This document shows positions 1 to 10,250 of a stretch of 64,000 nt of DNA, piece after piece. This stretch comes from Octopus vulgaris. Taxonomy: Eukaryota. The translations under genes and the position numbers were made by a program. The notes beneath the pieces are model-generated. The model searched no databases and was not told the DNA's origin. It was given only the letters and a program-made list of their open reading frames with translations. Position 1 is the first letter of the stretch, and each line of letters opens with the position of its first letter. The stretch lies in assembly GCA_951406725.2 (NCBI GenBank), contig OX597824.1:56172001-56236000 (forward strand), in the 5' to 3' direction.

Positions 1-1296
1 ACGAGAAAACTGGTGAGAGTGACGATTGAAGAAATAGAGAAATGTCTGGGGGACATCATGAAAAAAGCGACTTTTGTAGACAGAGGAAAGAAATATGGTA
101 CGGTGGAGGTGAGATGCGCAACAAAGGAAGTGGCGGCCTCATTGGCTTCCACTGTCCTGAAAGCGGAAAATTTCACCATGTGGCCGACGTATAAAGGAAG
201 ACGAGGGGTACGGGTAAGAGTCCCAAAGGTGCCCCCAGATATTAAAACAGAAATGCTGGTAACAGCCATTATTGGGGCAACAAAAGAGGAAGTAGAAATA
301 GGGTCAATCAAGGAGACCAACGTTGTAAATTGGAAGGGATTCGGAGTAGAGTTGTGGCTGATGGCCACAATGGAAGACATCGAAAGATTTCCCTTCCAAA
401 TAGAAATAGAAAACGAGAAAACAATTAGTGTAATAGTGGAAGGCAGAAAACCGAATTGCTACCTGTGCGGATCAAGAGGGCACATAAAAAAGGAATGTCC
501 GCCCTATGAATTCACAGCGGAGCAAAAAGAGACACAAAGTGGAGAGAAGGAAAACGAACACGAAGGAAAGAACAGCGAAAACAAGGAAAAGGAAATAACG
601 GAGAAACAACAAGAGAAGGGAAGTAACAGCGCACTGAAGGAAAATGAAAACAAAGGGAAGAAGATAGTAGAAAAGGAGCAAAATTCACAGGGTGCAGAAG
701 TAGTGGAGAAGGAGCCAAGGCAGAAGCAAGAGAAAGAAAAGGAAAGTACATTAAAGGAAAGAGAAAAAGCAGGAAAAGAACAAGAGAAGGAACAGAACCA
801 AGAGAAAGGAAAAGATGGTATGCAAAAAGGAAAAGAAACAACAGGAAAGGAACTCAAGGCACAGGGTAGAGAGACGGCAGACAAAGAGCCAAAAAGACAA
901 GAGAAGGAAAAAGAAAGAAGAGAAAGCAAAAAGAGAGAAAGAGAGAAACCGAGGGAGGAGAAAAAAGAGGAAGTAAGTCCTAAGAGAAAAACTAGAGAAA
1001 ACGTAGGTACGAATAGAAAATTCAAATACTATGGAACGTTGATCCATCACAGGCACTGTGAGGAGATGGAAGATTTAATAAACGTAACAAACGGATATAC
1101 GTGGGTCAGGATGGGCACCGAATGGAAAGAAACAGGTGCACTCGTCCACGAGAACGACGCCGAGGCGTTCATCGAGGCAGCTGGCAAGAACGTGTCAAAA
1201 CATGAAATGCCGACTTACAAGGTGGCCACGAACGATGGAAGTTTACTCAGATTTGGTAGAGATAATGGAGTATATATAAAAGAAAAGGTATTGTGA
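1..1296 (+). CDS. LINE ORF1 (gag-like) protein with CCHC zinc knuckle and long E/K-rich linker; 5' part lies outside the window
   Basis: Frame 1 is open from base 1 to TGA at 1294-1296 (ORF track 13..1296, 427 aa). It contains VIVEGRKPNCYLCGSRGHIKKEC (C-x2-C-x4-H-x4-C, 457-498), a context typical of L1/Tx1-group ORF1. Confidence 0.75.
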   Translation, partial: TRKLVRVTIEEIEKCLGDIMKKATFVDRGKKYGTVEVRCATKEVAASLASTVLKAENFTMWPTYKGRRGVRVRVPKVPPDIKTEMLVTAIIGATKEEVEIGSIKETNVVNWKGFGVELWLMATMEDIERFPFQIEIENEKTISVIVEGRKPNCYLCGSRGHIKKECPPYEFTAEQKETQSGEKENEHEGKNSENKEKEITEKQQEKGSNSALKENENKGKKIVEKEQNSQGAEVVEKEPRQKQEKEKESTLKEREKAGKEQEKEQNQEKGKDGMQKGKETTGKELKAQGRETADKEPKRQEKEKERRESKKREREKPREEKKEEVSPKRKTRENVGTNRKFKYYGTLIHHRHCEEMEDLINVTNGYTWVRMGTEWKETGALVHENDAEAFIEAAGKNVSKHEMPTYKVATNDGSLLRFGRDNGVYIKEKVL

Positions 1297-1570
1297 AAAC
1301 TTTAATTTGGAAATGATAAAAAGAACTTTAAATTCTGGAAAAAAAAAAATGTTGAACTTTGTAAAATTTTTGAAATGTATGTTGAAAATGTATAAAATGT
1401 TTTATTTGGAAAATATTGTTGACGAATAAAAAACAAATGACGAAATGTAACCGCTCGATTTCGGGGATCGAGTGGGCATTACACCACATTGTACAAACTT
1501 CATAATTCATTATTCATTTTACCTATTGTATTGTCCCATCTATGTTCGCCCCTTGTGGGTAATAATAAAA
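1..1570 (+). mobile_element. ORF1-only (HAL1-like) non-autonomous retroelement
   Basis: ORF1 is followed by ~270 nt of non-coding sequence ending TGTCCCATCTATGTTCGCCCCTTGTGGGTAATAATAAAA. No endonuclease/RT ORF follows. Confidence 0.55.
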
Positions 1571-1574
1571 CAAC

Positions 1575-1775
1575 ATGGAGGAAAGCACCCTCGAAAAGTG
1601 TCTTGGTGCGACTTATGAAAGATATCTAATCAGAGGCGGTAAATTCGCCACAATAGAAGCAAGGTTCGAATCAACGGAGCGTGCAAGGGAGTACTCGACT
1701 CAAACTTGCAAAGTGGAAATATTTTATTTTTACCATTATATCTGGGACGTAGGATGTCCCGGAAAAAAATTTTAA
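1575..1775 (+). pseudogene. Degenerate fragment of a related ORF1 N-terminal region
   Basis: EESTLEKCLG..IRGGKFATIEARF, then after a frameshift LQSGNILFLPLYLGRR. These align by eye to IEEIEKCLG..DRGKKYGTVEVRC..LKAENFTMWPTYKGRR of the upstream ORF. Confidence 0.6.
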
Positions 1776-2090
1776 ATGAGGTAGGCCACACTTCTATACA
1801 AAAGAGAGGACAAGATACAATTGAGCAAAATTACAAGAGACGGGCTAACAATTCCAGTCTGTTATATATTTTGAGAATTGTTATCACTAGCGATATCAAG
1901 ATATAACTTTGTATTTTGCATTTTATGTGTAGATGTATATATATAAATGTACATGTAATATCTACACATATATATACACATATATATATGCACTAGCACT
2001 ATGACCCAGCAACGACGGGTCTTTAATGCTAGTCTATATATAAATATGTATATATAATGTATATATACAAAGTGTATATATCTGTATTTA

Positions 2091-2095
<5 letters not shown>

Positions 2096-2174
<79 letters not shown>

Positions 2175-2209
2175 GTATATACAATGCGTACACACACATA
2201 TAAAGCGTG

Positions 2210-2253
<44 letters not shown>

Positions 2254-3085
2254 ACCTGACACACATCTCCACGTTCACACACACATATACACACGCAAGC
2301 ACATACACACATGCACATACATATGCACATAATACTCGCACACACACATATACACACATACATACACACACTAGCACAGGTTCGCACATATACCTACAAC
2401 AAACAATACACATACAGACACGCACACAATTATACTCACATGGGCACAAACACACACGCACACACACACAAGCACACGCATGCACATTACGCCTACACAA
2501 ACCCTCACACACACAACCCGCACACACACACACATACACAAATTCACATACACACATATACATACACACACAATATATGCTTACACGCGCACACACACGT
2601 ATACACATATAGACACAGACACACACGCACACAAACATGCGCACACGAATAACACACAACCCCACAGATACACGTATATACAGCCACATACGCATACACA
2701 CATACACACAACACGCACATACAGACTCACACAAATGAACCCACACATACCTCCTATACACACAGCACACACTCATACATACATGTATACGCACATACAA
2801 GCACACACGCACACATACATAAAGTAAAGCACAATTATTCCCCACACACACAACCTTTATGCATACACACACAAACACATACATACACACACACACACTA
2901 CAAACAAAACACACACACAATACATATGCATACACGCACACGCACATACTTCAAACTACCAGTACCTTCCACTGACCATTCTTCTACGCACATGGGTAGG
3001 TAGACACAAGAACCACACACAGATTAACAGCCACAACCACACACACACACACACGTGCTATCATTACACACATACACACACACAT
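2096..3085. repeat. (TA)n plus long degenerate (CA)n microsatellite
   Basis: Dinucleotide runs are directly visible. They explain the HT/CV/IY-repeat ORFs in the track. Confidence 0.95.
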
Positions 3086-3089
3086 ACCT

Positions 3090-3282
3090 CCTTCTCTTGC
3101 ACTCTCCCGTCTTTGAAAGCACTTTTTCTTCACCCATTCCTTTCCGGTCATTCAAAATGTGACCGCGTGTGTACTGTTGGCGATTTTTTTCCTCCGTCTT
3201 CCCTTCCTTGAATCTTTCCTTTTCCTATATTTCTGACGAAGAGCTCCACTTGAAACGTTGAATTCTCCTTCTTTCTTTCCTT
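3090..3282 (+). mobile_element. Penelope-like pseudo-LTR fragment with hammerhead-like core
   Basis: CTGACGA-AGAGCTCCACTT-GAAACGTT at 3233-3259 in a pyrimidine-rich context. The same motif recurs at 5771, 6003, ~18525 and ~58635. Confidence 0.5.
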
Positions 3283-3283
3283 A

Positions 3284-4043
3284 AGGACAAAATACCTCAT
3301 CTTTTAAAATATGGCCCAAGTAGACCCAAATGAAATCGGGTTATATTAACCAAAATGTGAAAAGGGGTCTAAATGGGGCTGGAAGGGGATTAAAATTGAA
3401 AGGAGCGGGTGTTTAGGAATTCTCTGTTACATCAAGCTAAAAAATTTGCGCCAGCCTTCAAATTGTCAATGTGTTGTCGTCCGTCATGAAGAAGTTTTGA
3501 ATGCCTGCCATAGTGTGTCTACTGTTGTGAGAAAGAATCACTTCAAAACTTGGTGTTTAGGAATTTTCTTTTACATAAAGTTCAGCCAGCCGTTAAACTG
3601 TCAATACGTTGCTGTCCATCGTTAAGAAATGCCAGCCATGGCAAGTCTATTATCCTCAGATTCTATCCCTTCAAACTTTGGTTTCCAATATTTTTTAAAG
3701 TTTTATTCAGCTTGCAAGTTCGTCTGTCCCTTTTAAATGTTAGTGTTTTGCTGTCCACCTTGAAACAGACCTTTCTGTTGTCACTGCCTGATATTTATGA
3801 TTGATCTTTCAAAATATTTCCTTTCTCAACTTACTTAAGATCTTTTGTTCTTTATAAATGGGCGAGAGATAGATAGTGAAAGATAGAGAGTAAGAGAAAG
3901 CGAAGAAGAGTCCAAGAGAAAGGAAGAGTAAGAGAGTGGAAATTGAGAAAGGAGAGACAAACAAGAGGGAGAATGTGGTGATAAGAAATAGAAAGGAAGC
4001 AACTGAAAGTAATAACCACACACTCACCTTCAGCTAGTGTTAT
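3284..4043 (+). mobile_element. Unclassified ~760 bp interspersed repeat, copy 1
   Basis: High-similarity reverse-complement match to 32651-33419 (AGGACAAAATACCTCATC vs GATGAGGAATTTTGTCCT). Has an internal ~140 bp sub-repeat. Confidence 0.85.
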
Positions 4044-4194
4044 AAATATAATGAAATTGTTTCATTGTTAGTTTTTACTAACCTACAAACAAATATTTTA
4101 TTTCAAAAATTTGCATGTGTATATATGGGGTCCACAGATGATAAGATTGCTCTCAAGGGGTCCACAAACAAAATAGAGCATTTCAGAAAATCTA

Positions 4195-4850
4195 TTTTCC
4201 ATATTTTCGTAGTGTTTGTTGTTTCTGCACATTTTCCACATACAAAGGCTATTTTCTCTGTAAGCCTTCCTTTGATTCCACTACATCTCTTGTGTGTCCA
4301 TAGCTTGCACTTTGTACACTGTATAAAATTTATCACTGAACTTATAGCTAACTCTTATCTTACTAGCTGAACCCCTGTATATGCCTTGTATGGCTTTTAC
4401 AAGCTATTTGTCTACTCCTAGCTTCCTCAGAGACCACCATAACACAGAGCAAGGGACTCTGTTGAAGGCTTTCTCCATGTCAACAAATGCTAAATACAAA
4501 GGTTTACACATCTAAATACTTCTGTAGTTGTCTAAGAATATGTCAGTTGTACTTTCCAGCATGAAACCAAGATCTAGTTTAAATGTGTTTTTAATTAATT
4601 GGGCTATAACTTCCATAACCTGTTTCAGTAATTTGATACCTTCATAATTACGTCTATCTAAAGTATCCCTTTTGCCTTTGTAAACAGTTGACTATAATGC
4701 TTCTGCACCAGTCACTATGACATCTTATATAACCTGATTAGCTATACAGGCGACTTGATCAGGACCCTTCTCTGTCTTCATATCCTTAATTGCCTTATCT
4801 ATAATGCTGCTGTCAACTAGGATAACAGATCCCTCTGTTGGTCAACATTC
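4195..4850 (-). mobile_element. Degenerate RTE-clade LINE ORF2 fragments
   Basis: Minus-strand translation IQCTKCKLWTHKRCSGIKGRLTEKIAFVCGKC, plus RT-region remnants, matches the 58898-59809 ORF. Confidence 0.8.
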
Positions 4851-5393
4851 CTGATATCCCATTTCCAGTTCTTTCAGACATTTTGCATTGCATTACTTCT
4901 ACATACATTGTCTTGTCTCAGATCACATGGCTGTTTTTTCTTCTGCTCATTGTATATTTATTTTATTTTTTTTTGTATATTTACATTTATATTTGCACCC
5001 ACTACCTGTATTGTGTTTGTTTTTATCACTGTTTTTAACATTTGCTCACTATTCCCAGCAGCTGGTTACTTTTGACACTACCAAAAAATGAACAATTTTA
5101 TTGTTACAGGCATGAAATTGTAATGATTTTTTGAATGCTAATCTTGTTAAAGATTCCACTATGAGAGCAAGATCATCAGCATACAGTAACCCAGGAACCA
5201 CTCTATAGAGTTTACTGGTTGCCCTTTTGTACCACCAGCACTAGTGAGGTTGCCAAGAAGAACAGGAAGGATAAAAAGACTAAATGGTGGGATGGGGTTA
5301 GTATTTGAGAGGGAGAGGAGGAGCAGTGGTTCTATGTCTTGTGTGTAAATCTTTTGTTTATTCCTTTGATGTGCTCCTGTTTAATTTTTGAAA

Positions 5394-5449
<56 letters not shown>

Positions 5450-5469
5450 TAAGAGAACAAAGTATATAT

Positions 5470-5655
5470 ATATATATAAAATACAAAATGGGACAAGAAC
5501 GCAAAACATCCGGACAACTAGGTGATACAAAAAGGGACAACAAAACATCCTGTTTTCTTTGTATTGTCTATCTGGATGTTTTGATGTCCCTTTTTGTATC
5601 ACCTAGTTGTCCGGATGTTTTGCGTTCTTGTCCTATTTTGTATTTTATATATATA
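5470..5655. repeat. Near-perfect hairpin (~80 bp arms, ~23 nt loop), probably inverted Penelope pseudo-LTR ends
   Basis: AAAATACAAAATGGGACAAGAACGCAAAACATCCGGACAACTAGGTG is followed by its reverse complement CACCTAGTTGTCCGGATGTTTTGCGTTCTTGTCCTATTTTGTATTTT. It is embedded in (TA)n. Confidence 0.85.
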
Positions 5656-5675
5656 TGTATATATATATATATATA

Positions 5676-5868
5676 TAGGGAGAGTTTACAAAAAAAAAAC
5701 AAAAGACGAAGACAGGTGGTGTACAAAAACAAATAGATGTATTAGTATAACGCTCAGGAATAGAAAAAGTCTTTTACATTTCGAGCCTATGCTCTTCTAC
5801 AGAAAGGGACACAGAAGAAGCAAGGAGAGAAAAAAAAATGTGTGTAATGGCTAACGAGCTATCATGGC

Positions 5869-5904
<36 letters not shown>

Positions 5905-6250
5905 CGGGAAGCTTTATGAAAATAGACAAAAGACGAAGGCAGGTGGAAAACAAACAAACAATTGTATTAGTATGGCGCTCAGGAAATATAAATAAAACAA
6001 GTCTTTAACGTTTCGAGCCTACGCTCTTCAACAGAAAGATACACAGAGAGAAAAAAAACACAGAAAGAAGGAGAGAAAAAAATGTGTGCAGTAACTAACG
6101 AATCAACATGGCGATCTGATTTCGGCCAGAGGTCAAAGATCAAACATGAGACGCGAGAGCGAAATAAGGGGAGATAATAGGGTTGATAATAGGGTTGAAT
6201 GACCCTAGGATAGTTCTGGACAGGCGTATGTATGGGGTTGGTGTATGTAT
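5676..6250 (-). mobile_element. Two tandem Penelope-like pseudo-LTR units separated by (TA)n
   Basis: 5676-5868 and 5903-6110 are similar (AAAAGACGAAG.CAGGTGG...CGCTCAGGAA...TTTCGAGCCTA.GCTCTTC). Each carries a hammerhead-like motif on the minus strand. Confidence 0.65.
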
Positions 6251-6351
6251 TAGTATGTATTAGTATGTATTAGTACGTATTAGTATGTATAAGTGTGTGT
6301 GTATGAGAGAGTATAAGTGCGTATGAGGGGTCTGGACGTGTGTATATATAT

Positions 6352-6725
6352 AGGCACAGGAGTGGCTGTGTGGTAAGAAGTTTGCTTCCCAACCACATGA
6401 TTCTAGGTTCAGTCCCACTGTGTGGCACCTTGGGCGAGTATCTCCTACTATAGCCTTGGGCCAACCAAAGCCTTGTGAGTGAATTTGGTAGAAAAAACTG
6501 AAAGAAGCCCGTCAAATATATATATATGTATTTGTGTGTTTGTGCCCCCACCATTGCTTGACAACCAATGTTGGTGTGTTTATGTCCCCATAACTTAGCG
6601 ATTCAACAAAAGAGTCTAATAGAATAAGTACTAGGCTTACAAAGAATAAGTCCTGGGGTCGATTTGTTCAACTAATGGTGGTGCTCCAGCATGGCTACAG
6701 TCAAATGACTGAAACAAGTAAAGGA
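6352..6725 (+). mobile_element. tRNA-derived SINE
   Basis: Pol III A-box-like TGGCTGTGTGG and B-box-like GGTTCAGTCCC. The body is shared with fragments at ~39712-39860 and ~60730-60840. Confidence 0.8.
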
Positions 6726-6744
6726 ATATTATATATATATATAT

Positions 6745-7115
6745 TATATAAAAGCTATTCTGTCTTCTAGGATCTTGGACATCCTCCATCCGATTGCGCT
6801 CAAATTTGATATGTAGATACCGACGGTATCAGGGCGTGTATAAGTCTTGAAAAAATTACAGAAATCAATTCCAGGTGAGAATGCAATCAATAAAGCCATG
6901 GGAACGTGCATTTTTATGTGCAAGTACATCAGCTGTTGCAATCGATACTACGAGTATGCGAGAAAAATGCACGGTGTCTCAAATTTAGGTTAAATCAGTG
7001 TTTCTCAAAAGGGTGGCCTATGGGACGGTCAGACAAGTTGTTTTGAGAAAATTTGGTTTAAAATGTTTGACAACTCAGCACCGTCCATTGGACGGGGTGG
7101 GGAGAGTTTTGCTCA
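6745..7115 (+). mobile_element. Probable non-autonomous Helitron-type remnant
   Basis: Starts TATATAAAAGCT inside TA-rich DNA. Contains CCGATTGCGCTCAAATTTG, a motif I recognise from invertebrate Helitron-type repeats. No 3' CTAG end was found. Confidence 0.35.
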
Positions 7116-7203
7116 TATATATATATGTGTGTGTGTGTGTGTCCTGTCAAGCAGTTCAGCATAGAAAATGATCATTAAATGGTGATGATGATATATATGT
7201 ATA

Positions 7204-8870
7204 TCATCATCACCGTTAATGTCCATTTTCTATGCTGGCATGTGTTGAACTGCTTGACAGGATCTAGCAAGCCATTGGGCTGCATCAAGATCCAATGTCA
7301 CCTTTTGCATTATTTTTACAGTCGTATGCCCTTCCTAATATCAACCACTCTACAGAGTTTACTGGGTGCATTTTTTTGTACAACCAGCACTGGTGAGGTT
7401 ACCTAGTAACTTGTAAAACAGAAAGAATACAAAGAAGGAAAAGCCTCCTTGGCTAAATGGCAGTGGGGGTCGGTAGTATTTGAAAGGGAAAGGAGGAGAA
7501 GTGATTCTATTCCAAGTGTTCAGAGGCTAGAGTGTGATGGAAGGACAAGCTCAGGTATCTTGCTATAGAGATACATGACAACCCAACATTATACAAGAAT
7601 AGAAATAGCTGGAAAGATGATAAAAATGGCTGTGGTGGGATGCCAGAGCATCTCAATGTGGATACGAAAGAGGATGCAGACAATGGATGGAGAGGGTAGA
7701 GGGAGCAGTTTGATAAGCATGTGAGGGGAAATGGTTAGAGATGGGGGTTGAGGGGAATATATATGATGGTGAGGGAAGTGTGGTGAGTGATGCCTATAGT
7801 AAATGGGGCATAATAATAGATATGTAAGGGCAGATAAAAGATGTGCTAAGAATGGAATATAGCAGAAGAGAAAGAGAGATGATTGATGGAAATAATGTGG
7901 GTAAGGATGATAATGAGAAATGGAAGTGGTTCCAGGTGGAGAGAGAAGGAGGAAGGGAACTGGAAAGAAGGGAATGTATAATATGTACCTACTGTAAAAG
8001 GTGATTACAGTAGCTGTGGGGTTCCATAGGTAGAGAGGTGAAGGCTGTTAGGGGATAAGATGTAGGGAAAATGGAGGGAATGCTTGACATGGCAGAGTGG
8101 GTTAGGAGATGGGCAAGGCTCCACATGTACAAAGATAACTAAAGTGGTTTTAGGATACCATTTCTTGTGTAATGGATGCATCTTCTCAAGCACAGCAAAT
8201 TGCAGGTCATCTTGATCCTTTGTCATCTTCTCCGCAAGGTTTGACATCTTGAGATCAGCTTTCAATACCTTGTCCCATATCATCCTGGATTTCCCTGTTC
8301 CACAAGTTCCATCAACTTTAAGCAACTAGTTCTTCTTTCTTCAGTTGTCCTCATCCATATGCATTACATGACCAAACCAGTGCAGTTTTCTCTCTTGCAC
8401 ACTACAGCTGTTTCTTCTTATTCCTAATTTTTCTCTCAATACATTAGCACTTTGCCATAAATTCACACTGACATTGCACATCTAGTGAAGCACACTAGCA
8501 TCATTCCTCTCTAGTCTTTGTATGTTCTTTCTATTCAGGGCCCATACCTCACAACCATGTAGCATTGCTGTCTGTACACAAGCATCAAACAATCTTCCTA
8601 GATAGATAGATAGACAGAGAGAGAGAGAGAGAAGGAGAGAGCTTTTGTTATGTAATAATATTTGAGAAAATATATTTCTTGTGTATCTTTAGTCTTTATG
8701 GCTCCTTTGTATCTTCTACATACCAGCCTTTCTCCATTAACCTTTCTGTCACTCCATTGCACTTCTTGTATGTCTTTAACCTGCACTGGATACACCATAT
8801 GGAATTTGTGTATGTGTGCATGCATGCATAAAGGTTCAAGAGAAACATTAATAGCATCAATTTCATTGAT
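7204..8870 (-). mobile_element. Degenerate RTE LINE 3' part (ORF2 end, 3' UTR, (GAT)n tail)
   Basis: Minus strand gives LKVDGTCGTGKSRMIWDKVLKADL. A tail-like CATCATCACCGTTAATGTCCATTTTC lies at 7204. Confidence 0.7.
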
Positions 8871-8904
8871 TTAGGTGGACCTGTAAATACCATGCCCAAC
8901 TGTT

Positions 8905-9035
8905 CATCATCATTGTTTAACGTCCGTTTTCCGCGCTAGCACGGGTTGGAAGGTTCGACCGGGGTCTGGGAAGCCAGTGGCTGCACTAGGCTCCAGTCTG
9001 ATCAGGCAGTGTTTCTACAGCTGGATGCCCTTCCT
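8905..9035 (-). mobile_element. 5'-truncated RTE 3' tail
   Basis: CATCATCATTGTTTAACGTCCGTTTTCC...GCTGGATGCCCTTCC is the reverse complement of the 60320-60456 tail. Confidence 0.8.
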
Positions 9036-9692
9036 TGATGCATATTCATCAAGTGAAAAGAAAAGGAAAATGCGAAAAGTTTGTAATGGGCTCCAATTGT
9101 TCCTTCAGCCCACTGTCTTGGACTAGTGCTCTAGTTTATCAAGCCCTAAAGGAATAAAGGCATAGTGGGATTTGCACACAGAGCACAGACATTCAGAACA
9201 AATACCAGAAAGTATTTTATCTAGCACTGTAACAACTCTGCCAAACTACTACAATTTAGTGTATATCATTTTCATCAACATTATCATTTTACATCCAGTT
9301 TCTATACCGGCATGGAGTGTACAGTTCATTATTATCTGAGCCAAGTTCTTATTCAGAGTTACTACTCTCATAGATGGGTCAGAGAACCACATCTTACTTG
9401 GCTATCTAGGTTTTAGCACAGTTTCTATGGCTGGATGTCCTTCCTAACATTAACCATTCTCACAAATTTATCATATCCTCAAAAAGACTAGAGATATTCC
9501 ACCTTACACTGTCTGAACTGATATACCAGTCACTTTACAATGTGTATTAGGCTCAAGTTATCATGGTATCATGAGGTCATCTTGTATGTTTCAAGACTAC
9601 AGAGTGCTCTCAACTTGGAGAGTGAGAATAGAAAAGTGGGTGATGTTTAATTTGCAGTGTTAAGAGGAATTTTCTTTTTGCTTTTTATCTAG

Positions 9693-9747
9693 GTAAGAAG
9701 CCTGGAGAATTTATTATTGTGAATAAAGAAAAATATGCAGTTGTTGG
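9693..9747 (+). CDS. VPS54: Vacuolar protein sorting 54 (GARP subunit), internal exon A
   Basis: Pyrimidine tract and tag| acceptor; 55 nt encoding xKKPGEFIIVNKEKYAVV(G); |gtaggt donor. Matches vertebrate VPS54 KPAEVLIVEGQQYAVVG as recalled. The phase-2 end GG joins T of the next exon to make Gly. Confidence 0.85.
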
Positions 9748-9870
9748 GTAGGTGAAGAATTCTTTTAATTTATTGCATATTATTTTATTGGGCTTTTGTT
9801 AAATGTTATTTATATTGATTGTACATGCTACTGTATCTATTAAGCAACTTATCTATTAAGCCTTACAGTT

Positions 9871-10250
9871 TCATCATCATCATCATTGTTTAGAGTCCGC
9901 TTTCCATGCTAGCATGGATTGGACGGTTCAACTGGGGTCTGGGAAGCCAGAAGGCTGCACCAGGCCCAGTCTGATCTGGCAATGTTTCTACGGCTGGATG
10001 CCCTTCCTAACGCCAAACACTCCATGAGTGTAGTGGGTGCTTTTTACGTGCCGCCGGCACAGGTGCCAGACGAGGCTGGCAATGGCCACGATTGGATGGT
10101 GCTTTTTACATGCCTCCGACATGGAAGCCAGTTGGGGCGGCGCTGGCAACGGCCACGTCCGGATGGTTCTCTTATGTGCCACTGGCACTGGTATCCCAGC
10201 TACAATTTCCATTGATGTTGATCGATTTTGATTTTGATTTTGATTTAATT
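9871..10250 (-). mobile_element. RTE 3' UTR/tail copy with ~3 of the 60-bp tandem units
   Basis: Reverse complement of the 59860-60456 region, starting from (CAT)n. Confidence 0.85.

Noticed and set aside
472-1056. Several long hydrophobic/Ser-Phe-rich ORFs on the minus strand
   Set aside because: They are antisense shadows of the A/G-rich E/K linker of the + strand ORF1.
2096-2947. 283-aa Cys/Val-rich ORF and overlapping His/Thr-rich ORFs
   Set aside because: They are translations of (CA)n/(TA)n microsatellite with no protein features.
6352-6425. tRNA gene
   Set aside because: A and B boxes are present, but I see no complete cloverleaf, and the sequence continues into a SINE body that recurs elsewhere in the window.
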